Part shown: one piece after another, positions 16,777 through 25,900 of the stretch
How positions within the stretch are numbered: position 1 is the first letter of the stretch
How the letters are laid out: every line of letters starts with the position of its first letter
From: an uncultured Methanosarcinales archaeon
Lineage (GTDB): Archaea; Nanobdellota; Nanobdellia; Woesearchaeales; DSVV01
Length of the DNA: 64,000 nt
Direction of reading: 5' to 3'
Assembly (NCBI GenBank): GCA_964452935.1
Contig: CAYVNO010000004.1
Location: forward strand, 5,519 to 69,518
Translations under genes and position numbers: made by a program
The notes under the pieces: model-generated
The model's input: only the letters and a program-made list of their open reading frames with translations
The model's database searches: none
What the model was told of the DNA's origin: nothing

Positions 16777-16813
16777 GCTAAACATAAATAAAGCATATAT
16801 TCTTTTGTTTAGC
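16777..16813. terminator. Hairpin between convergent genes (8-9 bp stem)
   Basis: GCTAAACA (16777-16784) pairs with TGTTTAGC (16806-16813). Confidence 0.45.
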
Positions 16814-16816
16814 AAA

Positions 16817-16856
16817 AATTAGTGTACATTTTTGTGAAGTTAATTGTACACTAATT
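16817..16856. terminator. Perfect 12-bp hairpin overlapping the purM stop codon
   Basis: AATTAGTGTACA (16817-16828) pairs with TGTACACTAATT (16845-16856), with a 16-nt loop. Confidence 0.5.
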
Positions 16857-17879
16857 AACCATTACATTCTTGTTTCCTTCAGTAATTTCCCCTATAAGAA
16901 CTGCTTCTGTGCCTTCGATTGAGTTTAATTTTTCTAGGATATTATCTATGTGTTCACTATTTACTATTACTGTCATACCTATGCCCATGTTAAACACTCT
17001 AAACATCTCATTATCATCTATACTTCCTTTTTGTTGGATTAGTTTAAAGATAGCAGGTGTTTCCCAAGAGTCCATGTTAATCACTGCTGCACAATTTGAT
17101 GGGAGAATTCTTGGGATGTTTTCTAATAATCCCCCACCAGTAATGTGAGCTAATCCGTTTATGTTAAACTCTTTCATTGTTTCTGTTATAGGATATAAAT
17201 AAGATTTGTGTGGTTTCATTAATTCAATCTTCAATAAACATCCTAATTCGGGGACATAATCTTCTAATCTTAGTTTTGCTCTTTCTAAAAGAACTTTGTA
17301 GACCAGTGAGAAACCATTTGTGTGTATTCCATTTGATTTTAATCCAATGATTTTATCTCCTTTTTTTATCTTTGATCCGTCAATAAGATTATCTTTTTCT
17401 ACAACACCTACAATGAATCCAGCTAGATCATATTCATCCTCGTTATATAAACCTGGAAGTTCTGCTGTTTCTCCTCCAATTAAAGAGCACCCATTCTCTT
17501 TACATGCTATTGCAAAACCTTTTACAATCTGTTCTGCTGTTTCTGGAATTAGTTTAGATGTTCCAAAGTAATCTAAGAAGAATAATGGTTTTGCACCTTG
17601 TACTAAAATATCATTAACACAATGATTAACTAAATCTTGGCCGACTGTGTCGTGTTTATTAGTTAGATATGCTAGTTTTAGTTTTGTTCCTACTCCGTCA
17701 GAGCTTGCAACTAAAACTGGATTGTTAAACTCTTTATCTAGTTGGAATAATCCTCCAAAGTTTCCTACAGATGCAAGAACATTTGATGTCAATGTCGAGT
17801 GAATGTGGGACTTCATTAAATCTACTGTCTTATTTGCTGTATCTATATCTACTCCTGCATCTTTATATGACAAACCCAT
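16851..17879 (-). CDS. purM: Phosphoribosylformylglycinamidine cyclo-ligase (AIR synthetase)
   Basis: SYKDAGVDID, DGVGTKL and GGETAE motifs. ATG at 17879 overlaps the purB stop by 1 nt; the track start at 17900 is less likely. Confidence 0.9.
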   Translation of the reverse strand: MGLSYKDAGVDIDTANKTVDLMKSHIHSTLTSNVLASVGNFGGLFQLDKEFNNPVLVASSDGVGTKLKLAYLTNKHDTVGQDLVNHCVNDILVQGAKPLFFLDYFGTSKLIPETAEQIVKGFAIACKENGCSLIGGETAELPGLYNEDEYDLAGFIVGVVEKDNLIDGSKIKKGDKIIGLKSNGIHTNGFSLVYKVLLERAKLRLEDYVPELGCLLKIELMKPHKSYLYPITETMKEFNINGLAHITGGGLLENIPRILPSNCAAVINMDSWETPAIFKLIQQKGSIDDNEMFRVFNMGIGMTVIVNSEHIDNILEKLNSIEGTEAVLIGEITEGNKNVMVN

Positions 17880-19252
17880 TATTTCAACTCCTGTTCCCAA
17901 TGATCACACACTAAATCTACTTTTTTTGAAGAAATTCCCGTATAATTCTCAGGATTTTTTATTATTGAAAGTTGTTCTTCTGTAAATTTCTCAAGATAGG
18001 GTTTAAGTTGTTCTAATGCAAGATCTTGTAAAGGTATATTTGTAGTTTGTGATTCTAGTGTTAATTTTCTTACTGCTTCATGTGCATCTGGATGATTGTA
18101 GTGTGCTAATAAAATATATAATGGTTCAGCTGCTATTAGATTTTTATGCATGTCAAAGTTTTTCTGTAGGTTTGTTTTGTCAACTACTAACTTTTTCATT
18201 GTCCTGTTTAATCTTGATGTAGATGCTATTAAAGCTGCAATCATTTCGATATTAAATCTTGAGCTAGCTGAGTTTGTTAGATCTCTTTGATGCTCTGAGA
18301 TTTGATCTTGGTAAGGTGTTAGTATTCTAGGCATGAATGTCTTCCACATTGCTTTTACATTTTCAAAATTTATTGGGTTTCTTTTGTGAGGCATTGTTGA
18401 GCTTCCTACCTGTTGTGCTTCAAATTCTTCTCCAATCTCTGCTATTTCTGACCTTTGAAGGTGTCTCATGTCATCTGATAGGTTAGCTAGAACACCAAAA
18501 CAGCTTATAACTGCATTATAATAGTCTAACATGAACTCTGGTTCAACTACTTGGGTAGAGTGTGTTGCTGGTTTTAGGTTTAGTTCGTTAAGAAATTCTT
18601 TTTCAAACTCAATAGGGTCAAAGAACAGTGATGAAGCGTTGTATGCACCAACTGCACCACTTAGTTGTCCTTTTAAATTATCTTTTGTTTGTTTTATTAG
18701 TTTTATTCTTGTTCCTAATCTGGAAACGTATTCTGAGATTGTGAATCCGAATGTTATTGGTTCTGCATGTTGCCCATGTGTTCTTCCTATTTGTAATGTG
18801 TTCTTTTCTCTTCTTGCTATCTCAATTAATGTGTTCTCAAGTTGGATTAGGTGAGGAAGAAGTACTTGTTCTGTTGTTTCTTTTACTCTTAATGATTCTG
18901 CTGTACAGATAATATCATGAGAAGTTGCTGTCAGGTGTACAAACGGTTTTGCTTCGTCGCTCAAGTTCTTTCTTATGCAGTTAACTAGTGCTCGTACATT
19001 ATGTTTTATTCTATTTTCTTCTTTGTAGACGTCATCTGCGTTTACTTTTTTGCATGCTTCTTTTATTTCATATGCTATTTGTTCTGTACATAAACCTTTT
19101 TTTGCTAAAGTTGTTGTTAGAGCTGCCTCGACTCTTGCCATGCATTTTATTAAAGCATTTTCTGATAGAAAAGGTTGCAATAGTTGGAACATTTTTTCAC
19201 TAGCACCATAATACCTGAAATCTATTGGGCTAATGTTGTCAAAAATGTTCAT
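17879..19252 (-). CDS. purB: Adenylosuccinate lyase
   Basis: Fumarate-lyase signature region GSSTMPHKRNP; length and pur operon context. Confidence 0.9.
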   Translation of the reverse strand: MNIFDNISPIDFRYYGASEKMFQLLQPFLSENALIKCMARVEAALTTTLAKKGLCTEQIAYEIKEACKKVNADDVYKEENRIKHNVRALVNCIRKNLSDEAKPFVHLTATSHDIICTAESLRVKETTEQVLLPHLIQLENTLIEIARREKNTLQIGRTHGQHAEPITFGFTISEYVSRLGTRIKLIKQTKDNLKGQLSGAVGAYNASSLFFDPIEFEKEFLNELNLKPATHSTQVVEPEFMLDYYNAVISCFGVLANLSDDMRHLQRSEIAEIGEEFEAQQVGSSTMPHKRNPINFENVKAMWKTFMPRILTPYQDQISEHQRDLTNSASSRFNIEMIAALIASTSRLNRTMKKLVVDKTNLQKNFDMHKNLIAAEPLYILLAHYNHPDAHEAVRKLTLESQTTNIPLQDLALEQLKPYLEKFTEEQLSIIKNPENYTGISSKKVDLVCDHWEQELK

Positions 19253-20205
19253 ATGTATCCTCCTTTGGTTAAGTTATCTTTTATTCTTTCTACGACATTG
19301 CTTGTTGTTGGTGTCAGAAGTTGTCCTGTTAAGATTTCGTAGACTTTTAGGTATCTCTTTGATGCTTCTGTTCTTACTTCATCTGTTATTGGGGGAGGAA
19401 CTCCTTCTCCTCTAAATCCCTTTGAGACAAGCCATTCTCTTACATACTCTTTATCGAGCATTCTTTGATCTGCTTCTTTTTCAAATAATTCTTGGTATGT
19501 GTTGATATACCAATAACGTGAAGAGTCTGGTGTGTGTACCTCATCTATTAGTACTAGTTTTCCGTCTAAAAGACCAAATTCATATTTTGTGTCCACTAAT
19601 ATTAATCCTCTTTGAGCTGCTACTTCTGTTCCTCTTTGGAATAGTTTAAAACAAACTTCTTCTATTTGATCTAGGAGGTCTTCATCAATTAATCCTTCTG
19701 CTAAGATGGTTTCTTTTGATATATTTTGGTCTCCTGCTTTGGACTTTGTTGTTGGTGTTAGGATTGGTTTTTCGAACTTTTGATTCTTTTTCATTCCATC
19801 TGGGAGTGTGTTGCCACAAAGGTTTCTTACACCTCTGTTATAGTTATACCATGCAGATGTTGTTGATGTGCCTGTTAGGTAAGCTCTTACAATAAATTCA
19901 ACTGGAAGTGCTTTGCATTCTTTTACAACAATCACGTTTGGGTCTGGAGTGCCAATTATGTGGTTTTGTACAATATCTTTTGTTTTGTCGAACCAGAAAT
20001 TTGCGATTTGTGTTAAAACTTCTCCTTTGAATGGGATTGTACCTAAGTTTCTATCAAATGCGCTAATTCTATCTGTTGTTATTATGAATCTTTTGTCTTC
20101 TTTTACATAATTATCTCTGACTTTCCCTTCTATAAATTTTCCTAAGTTGCTGAATTCTGTTTTTTCTAATGTTTGTGTTAATTGTTGTTTTATTGTTTCA
20201 TCCAT
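19249..20205 (-). CDS. purC: SAICAR synthetase (long form)
   Basis: GKVRDNY, DRISAFD and LVDTKYEFG motifs. Confidence 0.9.
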   Translation of the reverse strand: MDETIKQQLTQTLEKTEFSNLGKFIEGKVRDNYVKEDKRFIITTDRISAFDRNLGTIPFKGEVLTQIANFWFDKTKDIVQNHIIGTPDPNVIVVKECKALPVEFIVRAYLTGTSTTSAWYNYNRGVRNLCGNTLPDGMKKNQKFEKPILTPTTKSKAGDQNISKETILAEGLIDEDLLDQIEEVCFKLFQRGTEVAAQRGLILVDTKYEFGLLDGKLVLIDEVHTPDSSRYWYINTYQELFEKEADQRMLDKEYVREWLVSKGFRGEGVPPPITDEVRTEASKRYLKVYEILTGQLLTPTTSNVVERIKDNLTKGGYI

Positions 20206-20887
20206 TGTTGCACCTCTTGATAAGTTTTAATGCTGCTATTGCTGCATTATCTCCTCTGTTTAATCCTACTGTTATATGATTTTGTGTTTTTTTGAATAAC
20301 ATTAATGCGTCGTTTTCTGTGCTGCCTTCTTTAAGTGGGATGTTTATTGCATTCTCTTTTGGATTTTCAGTACTTAGATCATAGAAGTTTAAGTTGAGTC
20401 CTGGGTAATTTTCTTTATTTAATTCGAATGGGATTCCTGCTTGTTCTATCATATCTATTCCTTTTGTTACTCTCTTGTTTAATATTGATGTAGTTATGTT
20501 AATCTGTGTGTATGTTTGGAATAGGAAGTTGAAATTTGCTGGGTTTTGGTTTGCACCTGTACATAGAACAGGAATTCCAGAAGGCATTTGAGCGATTGAT
20601 AGGAATGCGTCAATTCCGTTAAAGTTACCTTTGCAAGGAACACCTATAACATTGCCTTTGAATATTGAGGCTGCAACACCTGGGAGGGCGGCTGCTAATC
20701 CTGCACCTGCTATGATTAAAGAATAATTATTGTTTTTTATTGTTGCATGTAGTTCGTCTGGGTTTCTATGCGCAGAGATAACTCTAAATTCGTGTTCTAT
20801 TCCTTTTTCTTTGAGTGTGTCCAATATGGGTTGGTACACGTCAGAATCTGATTTGCTTCCAAATACAACTAATATCATTTGATTCAC
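20198..20887 (-). CDS. purE: PurE-like N5-CAIR mutase domain with about 80-aa C-terminal extension
   Basis: GSKSD, SAHRNP and AGAGLAAALPGVAAS motifs in the first ~140 aa. The tail (RGDNAAIAALKLIK) looks like a degenerate second PurE half. Confidence 0.7.
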   Translation of the reverse strand: MNQMILVVFGSKSDSDVYQPILDTLKEKGIEHEFRVISAHRNPDELHATIKNNNYSLIIAGAGLAAALPGVAASIFKGNVIGVPCKGNFNGIDAFLSIAQMPSGIPVLCTGANQNPANFNFLFQTYTQINITTSILNKRVTKGIDMIEQAGIPFELNKENYPGLNLNFYDLSTENPKENAINIPLKEGSTENDALMLFKKTQNHITVGLNRGDNAAIAALKLIKRCNNG

Positions 20888-20934
20888 GTTTAGAATGGAT
20901 GTAAGAATATGAGGGTGTTTATATAGTTTACGGA

Positions 20935-21372
20935 TTATTTATGGTAATCAATGCCTTTGTTTATGCAGTAAGCTCTGTAGATTTGTTCTAGTAGGAAAGG
21001 TCTTATCATTTTATGGTTGAATGTCATTTTAGAGAATGAAAGTGTTAGGTCAGGTTTTATTTTGTCTGAGAGACCTAGTGCTCCACCCACAATGAATGTT
21101 AGGTTGTTTAGTTCTTTCTTTTGTATAAACTTTGCAAATTCTATTGACGTGAATTGTTTTCCTTTTTCGTCTAATGCAATGGTGTATCCTTTGAGTTTTG
21201 GTATTATTCTATCTGCTTCAATGTCTTTTATGTTCTTGTTTTTTGTTATTTTTTCGTCTTTTATTTCAAGGATTTCAATCTTTGTGAATCTTTTTAGTCT
21301 TTTTAGGTATTCTTCTGTTAGTGTTTCTAATGGTTTGTTTTTTGTTTTGCCTGTGAATATTATTTTTATCAT
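20935..21372 (-). CDS. rlmH: SPOUT rRNA methyltransferase RlmH-like
   Basis: 145 aa; LTFIVGGALGLS and a C-terminal knot-region pattern typical of RlmH. Confidence 0.75.
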   Translation of the reverse strand: MIKIIFTGKTKNKPLETLTEEYLKRLKRFTKIEILEIKDEKITKNKNIKDIEADRIIPKLKGYTIALDEKGKQFTSIEFAKFIQKKELNNLTFIVGGALGLSDKIKPDLTLSFSKMTFNHKMIRPFLLEQIYRAYCINKGIDYHK

Positions 21373-22025
21373 CTTTTTGTTTTTACCCCGACTTTTTTAC
21401 AATATTTTGAGATTTTACATATTGAACAGAATGGTGAGATCGGTCTGCAGATGTTTTGTCCGTAAGCAACTAATAGATCGTTGTATATGATCCAATATTC
21501 TTTTGGAAGTTTTTTTCTTAATGCGAATTCTGTTTGTTTAGGTGTTTTTGTTTTTACGTAACTGAATCTGTTGCTTATTCTATGAACATGTGTGTCTACG
21601 CAGAGTCCTAGTTTGTTATAACCTAAAGTTAAAACTAGATTTGCTGTTTTTCTTCCAACGCCTGGAAGAGTTAGTAGTGTGTCAATATTATCTGGTACAA
21701 CACTTTTGTGTTTGTTTTTTAGAATTGTACAAATTTCTTTCAATCTTTTTGCTTTTGTTTTATAGAATCCTACTGGATAGATTGCTTTTTCTATTTGAGT
21801 TGTTGAGAGTGTTAGTAGTTTTTTAGGTGTTGATGCTAGTTTGAATAATCTTTTTGAGGCTTTTGATGTTGTTTCATCTTTTGTTCTTAAGCTTAGAACA
21901 GTTGAGATGAGAACTTTGAATGGGTCTCTTTTTATAAGAGAGATTTCTGTTACAATTGGGATGTTGAAGTTTTTACATTCTTTTTTAAGAATTTTTATTA
22001 TTATGGAGATGTTAGAATCTTTCAT
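21369..22025 (-). CDS. nth: Endonuclease III (HhH-GPD DNA glycosylase/AP lyase)
   Basis: LPGVGRKTANLVL hairpin, VDTHV, and a C-terminal 4Cys cluster CRPISPFCSICKISKYC. Confidence 0.9.
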   Translation of the reverse strand: MKDSNISIIIKILKKECKNFNIPIVTEISLIKRDPFKVLISTVLSLRTKDETTSKASKRLFKLASTPKKLLTLSTTQIEKAIYPVGFYKTKAKRLKEICTILKNKHKSVVPDNIDTLLTLPGVGRKTANLVLTLGYNKLGLCVDTHVHRISNRFSYVKTKTPKQTEFALRKKLPKEYWIIYNDLLVAYGQNICRPISPFCSICKISKYCKKVGVKTKR

Positions 22026-22594
22026 ATTCTTATTTCCTGCATTGGTGGTTCATATTCGTGATGTTGTTCTAATTCTCCGAATACATCTTTCTTTGCTCTT
22101 GGTATAAAGTGTTTTAAAAGTTCAAAGATTCCCATGATTATGAAAAATAAGATGATCATATCTAATAAAACCCATCCTGAGATCTCTAGACTTCCGTGTG
22201 TGAATAAGATAACACTCATTGCTAAGAAATATATTACTGTGGGGGATGTGATTGAGAATGTTATTTTATCTGAGAACTTATGTGTGAATGAGATGTATAT
22301 TAGGAAACCTGCCAGTGCTAGGAATAATAGAGTTATTAAGAATCTCATCCAGAAATAATTTACCTCTTCGCTGAATGTAAATCTCATTCCTTCTACTGTG
22401 ATCCATAAAAGTGTAACTCCGTTAGCTAATGCTGTGTTCCATCCGAGTTTTTCTTTTTTGTAAGCACCAAAGTAAGCTTCGATTATAAACCAAACAAGAA
22501 GAATTGGGGCTAAAACCCACCAAATACTCCAATCGCTAACAAAACTAAGGCCGATTGCTTTAAAGCCTTTGAGTATCTCTATATACCAGGTCAT
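22022..22594 (-). CDS. Polytopic membrane protein, function unknown
   Basis: 190 aa with about 5 hydrophobic helices; 4-nt overlap with nth. Confidence 0.5.
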   Translation of the reverse strand: MTWYIEILKGFKAIGLSFVSDWSIWWVLAPILLVWFIIEAYFGAYKKEKLGWNTALANGVTLLWITVEGMRFTFSEEVNYFWMRFLITLLFLALAGFLIYISFTHKFSDKITFSITSPTVIYFLAMSVILFTHGSLEISGWVLLDMIILFFIIMGIFELLKHFIPRAKKDVFGELEQHHEYEPPMQEIRI

Positions 22595-22677
22595 ATATGG
22601 GTTATTGTTTAAAAAGTATATAAATGTAGTGTTTTGGTATGATAATATTTATAATTAGATGTAGATTCCTTTCTGTT

Positions 22678-23172
22678 ATGGGAGATATAACAATTGCGTT
22701 AGTTGATGGACAAGAAGATATTATAACACGTAGAATCAGAAGAGATTTGAAAGATTTAGGTATTGAGACAAAAGTGTTAACTGATGCTGTGGAAGCTATA
22801 AGGGAGTTTGAAGCTGAACAATATCCTTTAATATTATGTGATTCTACTCTTGCACCCGGAGATTATGATCCTGAATCAGAGTTAAGAAGAGTTTGGATGA
22901 GGACTAATCATGGACAAACTCGTGATGCTTATGAAAAGGTTATGCAGCATGTAGTTGAAAGGATTAGGGATGGACCAAATGCAGATACGCCTGTTATAGT
23001 AAGAGGACCATATTCTACAAGTAACCAATATGCACAAATGTTCCTCGAAGTTGGAGCAACTAGGTATTTGAATACCTTAGATGTTGGTAGACCACAAACA
23101 GTTGAAATAATAATGGGCTACTTGAGACCGTTAATGGCTCCTGAAAGACCAGCATCACATGAACAAATCTAA
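22678..23172 (+). CDS. Lys-poor orphan P3: degenerate receiver (CheY-like) domain with an insertion
   Basis: The beta1 ITIALVDGQED, beta3 YPLILCDSTL and beta5 region GATRYLNTLD follow the REC layout, but the conserved Lys is Thr and the Thr/Ser position is lost. ATG 22678 fits the TATA-like tract at 22643-22655. About 3 Lys against about 15 Arg. Confidence 0.5.
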   Translation: MGDITIALVDGQEDIITRRIRRDLKDLGIETKVLTDAVEAIREFEAEQYPLILCDSTLAPGDYDPESELRRVWMRTNHGQTRDAYEKVMQHVVERIRDGPNADTPVIVRGPYSTSNQYAQMFLEVGATRYLNTLDVGRPQTVEIIMGYLRPLMAPERPASHEQI

Positions 23173-23745
23173 ACTTTTTTCTTTAACAAATTTCAATCTT
23201 TCTTGGATAACTCCGTCTTGTTTTCTGTATTTCTTTGGGAACATTCTGTTAAAGTAGGGTGTGTTTTTTCTTTCTTTGATGTTTATACTGTTGTGGAATG
23301 TGTAATATATTTCTTCGTCAAAATCATCAAGGTCTGAGAGTATTTCACATACTGGTCTTTGTTTTTCTAGTTTTGGAAGTAGTTGTTTTATTGATTTATC
23401 TGTTTTTATCATGGGTTTTCTGTATTCTCCGATGAATGTTCCTCTTTTTGATTGTAAAAGGATTAGATACATTGGGAATCTTCTAACAAAATGTGAGCAA
23501 ATTAAATCTTCGATGTGATGCTCTGGGTCAATTACTCCGTGTAAAATACCGTGCTTTGATGTTTTTAGTCTTGTAAACCCCATATTTAAGCAAAGTGAAT
23601 AGCCTACTTGTCTATTTTGATTGTATAATTTTCTTGATTCAATTGTTGATTGTGTTTTTGTTAGGTTTTCTGGTTGTTTTTCCACTTCATCCCATAGTTT
23701 TTGTGAAAAGTTTTTGTGTCGTTTGGAGAAATTAAATCTATCCAT
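23155..23745 (-). CDS. DUF4130-family probable DNA-metabolism protein (partner of the radical SAM gene)
   Basis: MGFTRLKTSKHGILHGVIDPEHHIEDLICSHFVRRFPMYLILL matches the DUF4130 pattern (GF.RF ... HF..RF). The 3' end overlaps convergent P3 by 18 nt. Confidence 0.7.
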   Translation of the reverse strand: MDRFNFSKRHKNFSQKLWDEVEKQPENLTKTQSTIESRKLYNQNRQVGYSLCLNMGFTRLKTSKHGILHGVIDPEHHIEDLICSHFVRRFPMYLILLQSKRGTFIGEYRKPMIKTDKSIKQLLPKLEKQRPVCEILSDLDDFDEEIYYTFHNSINIKERKNTPYFNRMFPKKYRKQDGVIQERLKFVKEKSLDLFM

Positions 23746-23746
23746 C

Positions 23747-24745
23747 TTATTTCCCCAGTATTTCCCTTAGTTTATTTTCTAGTTTATTTTTATCAGGTAG
23801 ATATAATTTATATTTTGAAACAAATAGTTTATTTGAAATTCCACCCAAGGCAAACTTCACTAGGACTTCATCTTTATCGGCAGCTAAGATTATTCCAATC
23901 GGATTTTTATCTCCTTTTGAGTTTTCCTCTTCTTTAAAATAATTTAGATAAAGATTCATTTGACCAACATCTTGGTGATTTACTTCACCAATCTTTAAAT
24001 CAATTAATACAAAACATCTTAAAATTCTGTGGTAGAAGACTAAGTCTATGTAGAAATGTTTATTTCTGAATGAAATTCTGTATTGCCTAGATACAAATGT
24101 GAATCCTTTTCCTAACTCTAATAAGAACAATTGAAGATTATCAATTATTTTTTGTTCTAACTCTTTTTCTGAATATTTGTAGTTTTCTGGGATGCCTAAG
24201 AATTCTAAAATGCATGGTTCCTTCATAATATCTTTCTCTTTTTTGATAATCTGACCTTTTTTGGCCATTTCTAGTACTCCTTTTTTGTCCTTACTCAAAG
24301 CAATTCTGTGAAATAAAGCAGAATTCTTCTGTCTTCTCAGTTCTCTTACACTCCATCCCTCATTTATACATTGTTTTTCATAAAAACTTCTTTCTAGATC
24401 GTCGTCTAGTGTTAATATTTCGGTGTAATGGCTCCAACTCAATTTTCCAGACAGTGTCTGGAATTTTGGATATTTGAGATAAAACTCTCTGATAAGATAA
24501 ATGTTGCTTTGGCTAAATCCTTTACCATACCCACTTCTAAGATCTTTGGAGAGTTTTGAAAGAAGTGAAGATCCATAATCTGCCTTTATTCTTCCTTTTT
24601 GCTCATATTCCACTATCTGTCTTCCTATTTCCCAGTAAGTTTTTACCAATATGTTGTCTACAGCTCTAAAAGCTTGTCTTCTACCCTTTTCTAATAAATT
24701 CCCAATATCATTTATTAGATTTAAATATTTTTTATTTTTCATCAT
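23747..24745 (-). CDS. YhcG/DUF1016-family PD-(D/E)xK nuclease
   Basis: FYIDLVFYHRILRCFVLIDLKIGEVNHQDVGQMNLYLNYF is the family core. ATG 24745/24742 follows GGGTGAT; the track start at 24817 is probably too long. Confidence 0.8.
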   Translation of the reverse strand: MMKNKKYLNLINDIGNLLEKGRRQAFRAVDNILVKTYWEIGRQIVEYEQKGRIKADYGSSLLSKLSKDLRSGYGKGFSQSNIYLIREFYLKYPKFQTLSGKLSWSHYTEILTLDDDLERSFYEKQCINEGWSVRELRRQKNSALFHRIALSKDKKGVLEMAKKGQIIKKEKDIMKEPCILEFLGIPENYKYSEKELEQKIIDNLQLFLLELGKGFTFVSRQYRISFRNKHFYIDLVFYHRILRCFVLIDLKIGEVNHQDVGQMNLYLNYFKEEENSKGDKNPIGIILAADKDEVLVKFALGGISNKLFVSKYKLYLPDKNKLENKLREILGK

Positions 24746-25862
24746 AATCACCCAATGTTTTTTGTGAGACTCCGTTGATTTTGATAAAGGGGGTTGCTCT
24801 TTTGAGTACAATGCCAATGTTTTTTAGCTGCTCTCTTTTGTATATTATTTCGTTTGTTTTTTGCATTTTTTGTATTCTAGAAACTGAGAGAGGTCCAATA
24901 CCAGGAATTCTTATTAATTCGTCGTATGTTGCTTCATTTAAGTCAATTGGTTTGTTAAAATAGTTTCTTGCAATAAATATTTTTGGGTCGTTTCTTGGGA
25001 GCATACCTTCATCCATTATATTTTTTATTTCGTTGAGTTTAAAGTCGTATTTTCTTAGTAACCAGTCACAATTATATAATCTATTTTCTCTTTTCATCTC
25101 TTGTTTTGGTTTGTTTTCTAATGGTGTTCCTTTTACTGGAGAGAAGACTGAGAAGTATGCTCTTTTTAATTCAATATTTTTGTACTCCCAATCAGTCATT
25201 TTTAGGATTTCTAGGTCTGTTTCATCTGCTCCTCCAACTACAAATTGTGTTGTTTGTCCTGCCGGAGGTTTCATTCTTTTTAGCCATGCTTGTCTTCTTA
25301 GAATATCTATTTTATAATCTTTTATGTCGCTGATATCATTCATTCTACTTTTATTTGGTGCTTCTAGATTTACACTTACCCTATCTGAGAATTCTGCTGC
25401 TTGTTTTAACAAGTCTTTATTTACTCCTGGGAGAGCTTTGAAGTGGATGTAGCCGTGAAATTTGTATTTGTTTCTTAGGATTTTTACTGATTCAACCATT
25501 TTTTCTGTTATTGAGTCAGGATCTTTTGGGATTCCTGAGCTGAGAAATAAACCTTCTACATAATTTCTTATGTAAAGCTTCATAAAAACTTTTGCTAGTT
25601 CATCTGGTTTGAATGATGTTATGTTTTTATTACATTTTGTTGAGTTAATGCAGTATTTGCAATCAAATGAGCAGGAGTTTGTGAATAAGGTTTTGTATAA
25701 TGCAACGCAAGAGCCAGCTTCAGTGTAAGAATGACAGATTCCTGCAGAAGCTGCGTTACCAATTCTATCTCTTCCGTATGATTGTCTTTTTGAGGATGTG
25801 CTGCAACAGTTATCATATTTGCTTGCGTCTGAGAGTGTTTTGATTTTTTGTAGTATTTCCAT
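24732..25862 (-). CDS. Putative DNA modification/repair radical SAM protein with C-terminal HhH
   Basis: CSFDCKYC (CxxxCxxC) cluster and C-terminal ATYDELIRIPGIGPLSVSRI helix-hairpin-helix. A DUF4130 partner lies in the same operon. Confidence 0.8.
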   Translation of the reverse strand: MEILQKIKTLSDASKYDNCCSTSSKRQSYGRDRIGNAASAGICHSYTEAGSCVALYKTLFTNSCSFDCKYCINSTKCNKNITSFKPDELAKVFMKLYIRNYVEGLFLSSGIPKDPDSITEKMVESVKILRNKYKFHGYIHFKALPGVNKDLLKQAAEFSDRVSVNLEAPNKSRMNDISDIKDYKIDILRRQAWLKRMKPPAGQTTQFVVGGADETDLEILKMTDWEYKNIELKRAYFSVFSPVKGTPLENKPKQEMKRENRLYNCDWLLRKYDFKLNEIKNIMDEGMLPRNDPKIFIARNYFNKPIDLNEATYDELIRIPGIGPLSVSRIQKMQKTNEIIYKREQLKNIGIVLKRATPFIKINGVSQKTLGDYDEK

Positions 25863-25865
25863 AGA

Positions 25866-25900
25866 GGTGTGAGTGTTAACTTATTTATATATCTCACACC
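25866..25900. promoter_or_regulatory. 8-bp inverted repeat bracketing the TATA box of the radical SAM operon
   Basis: GGTGTGAG (25866-25873) and CTCACACC (25893-25900) flank TTATTTATATAT. Confidence 0.45.
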
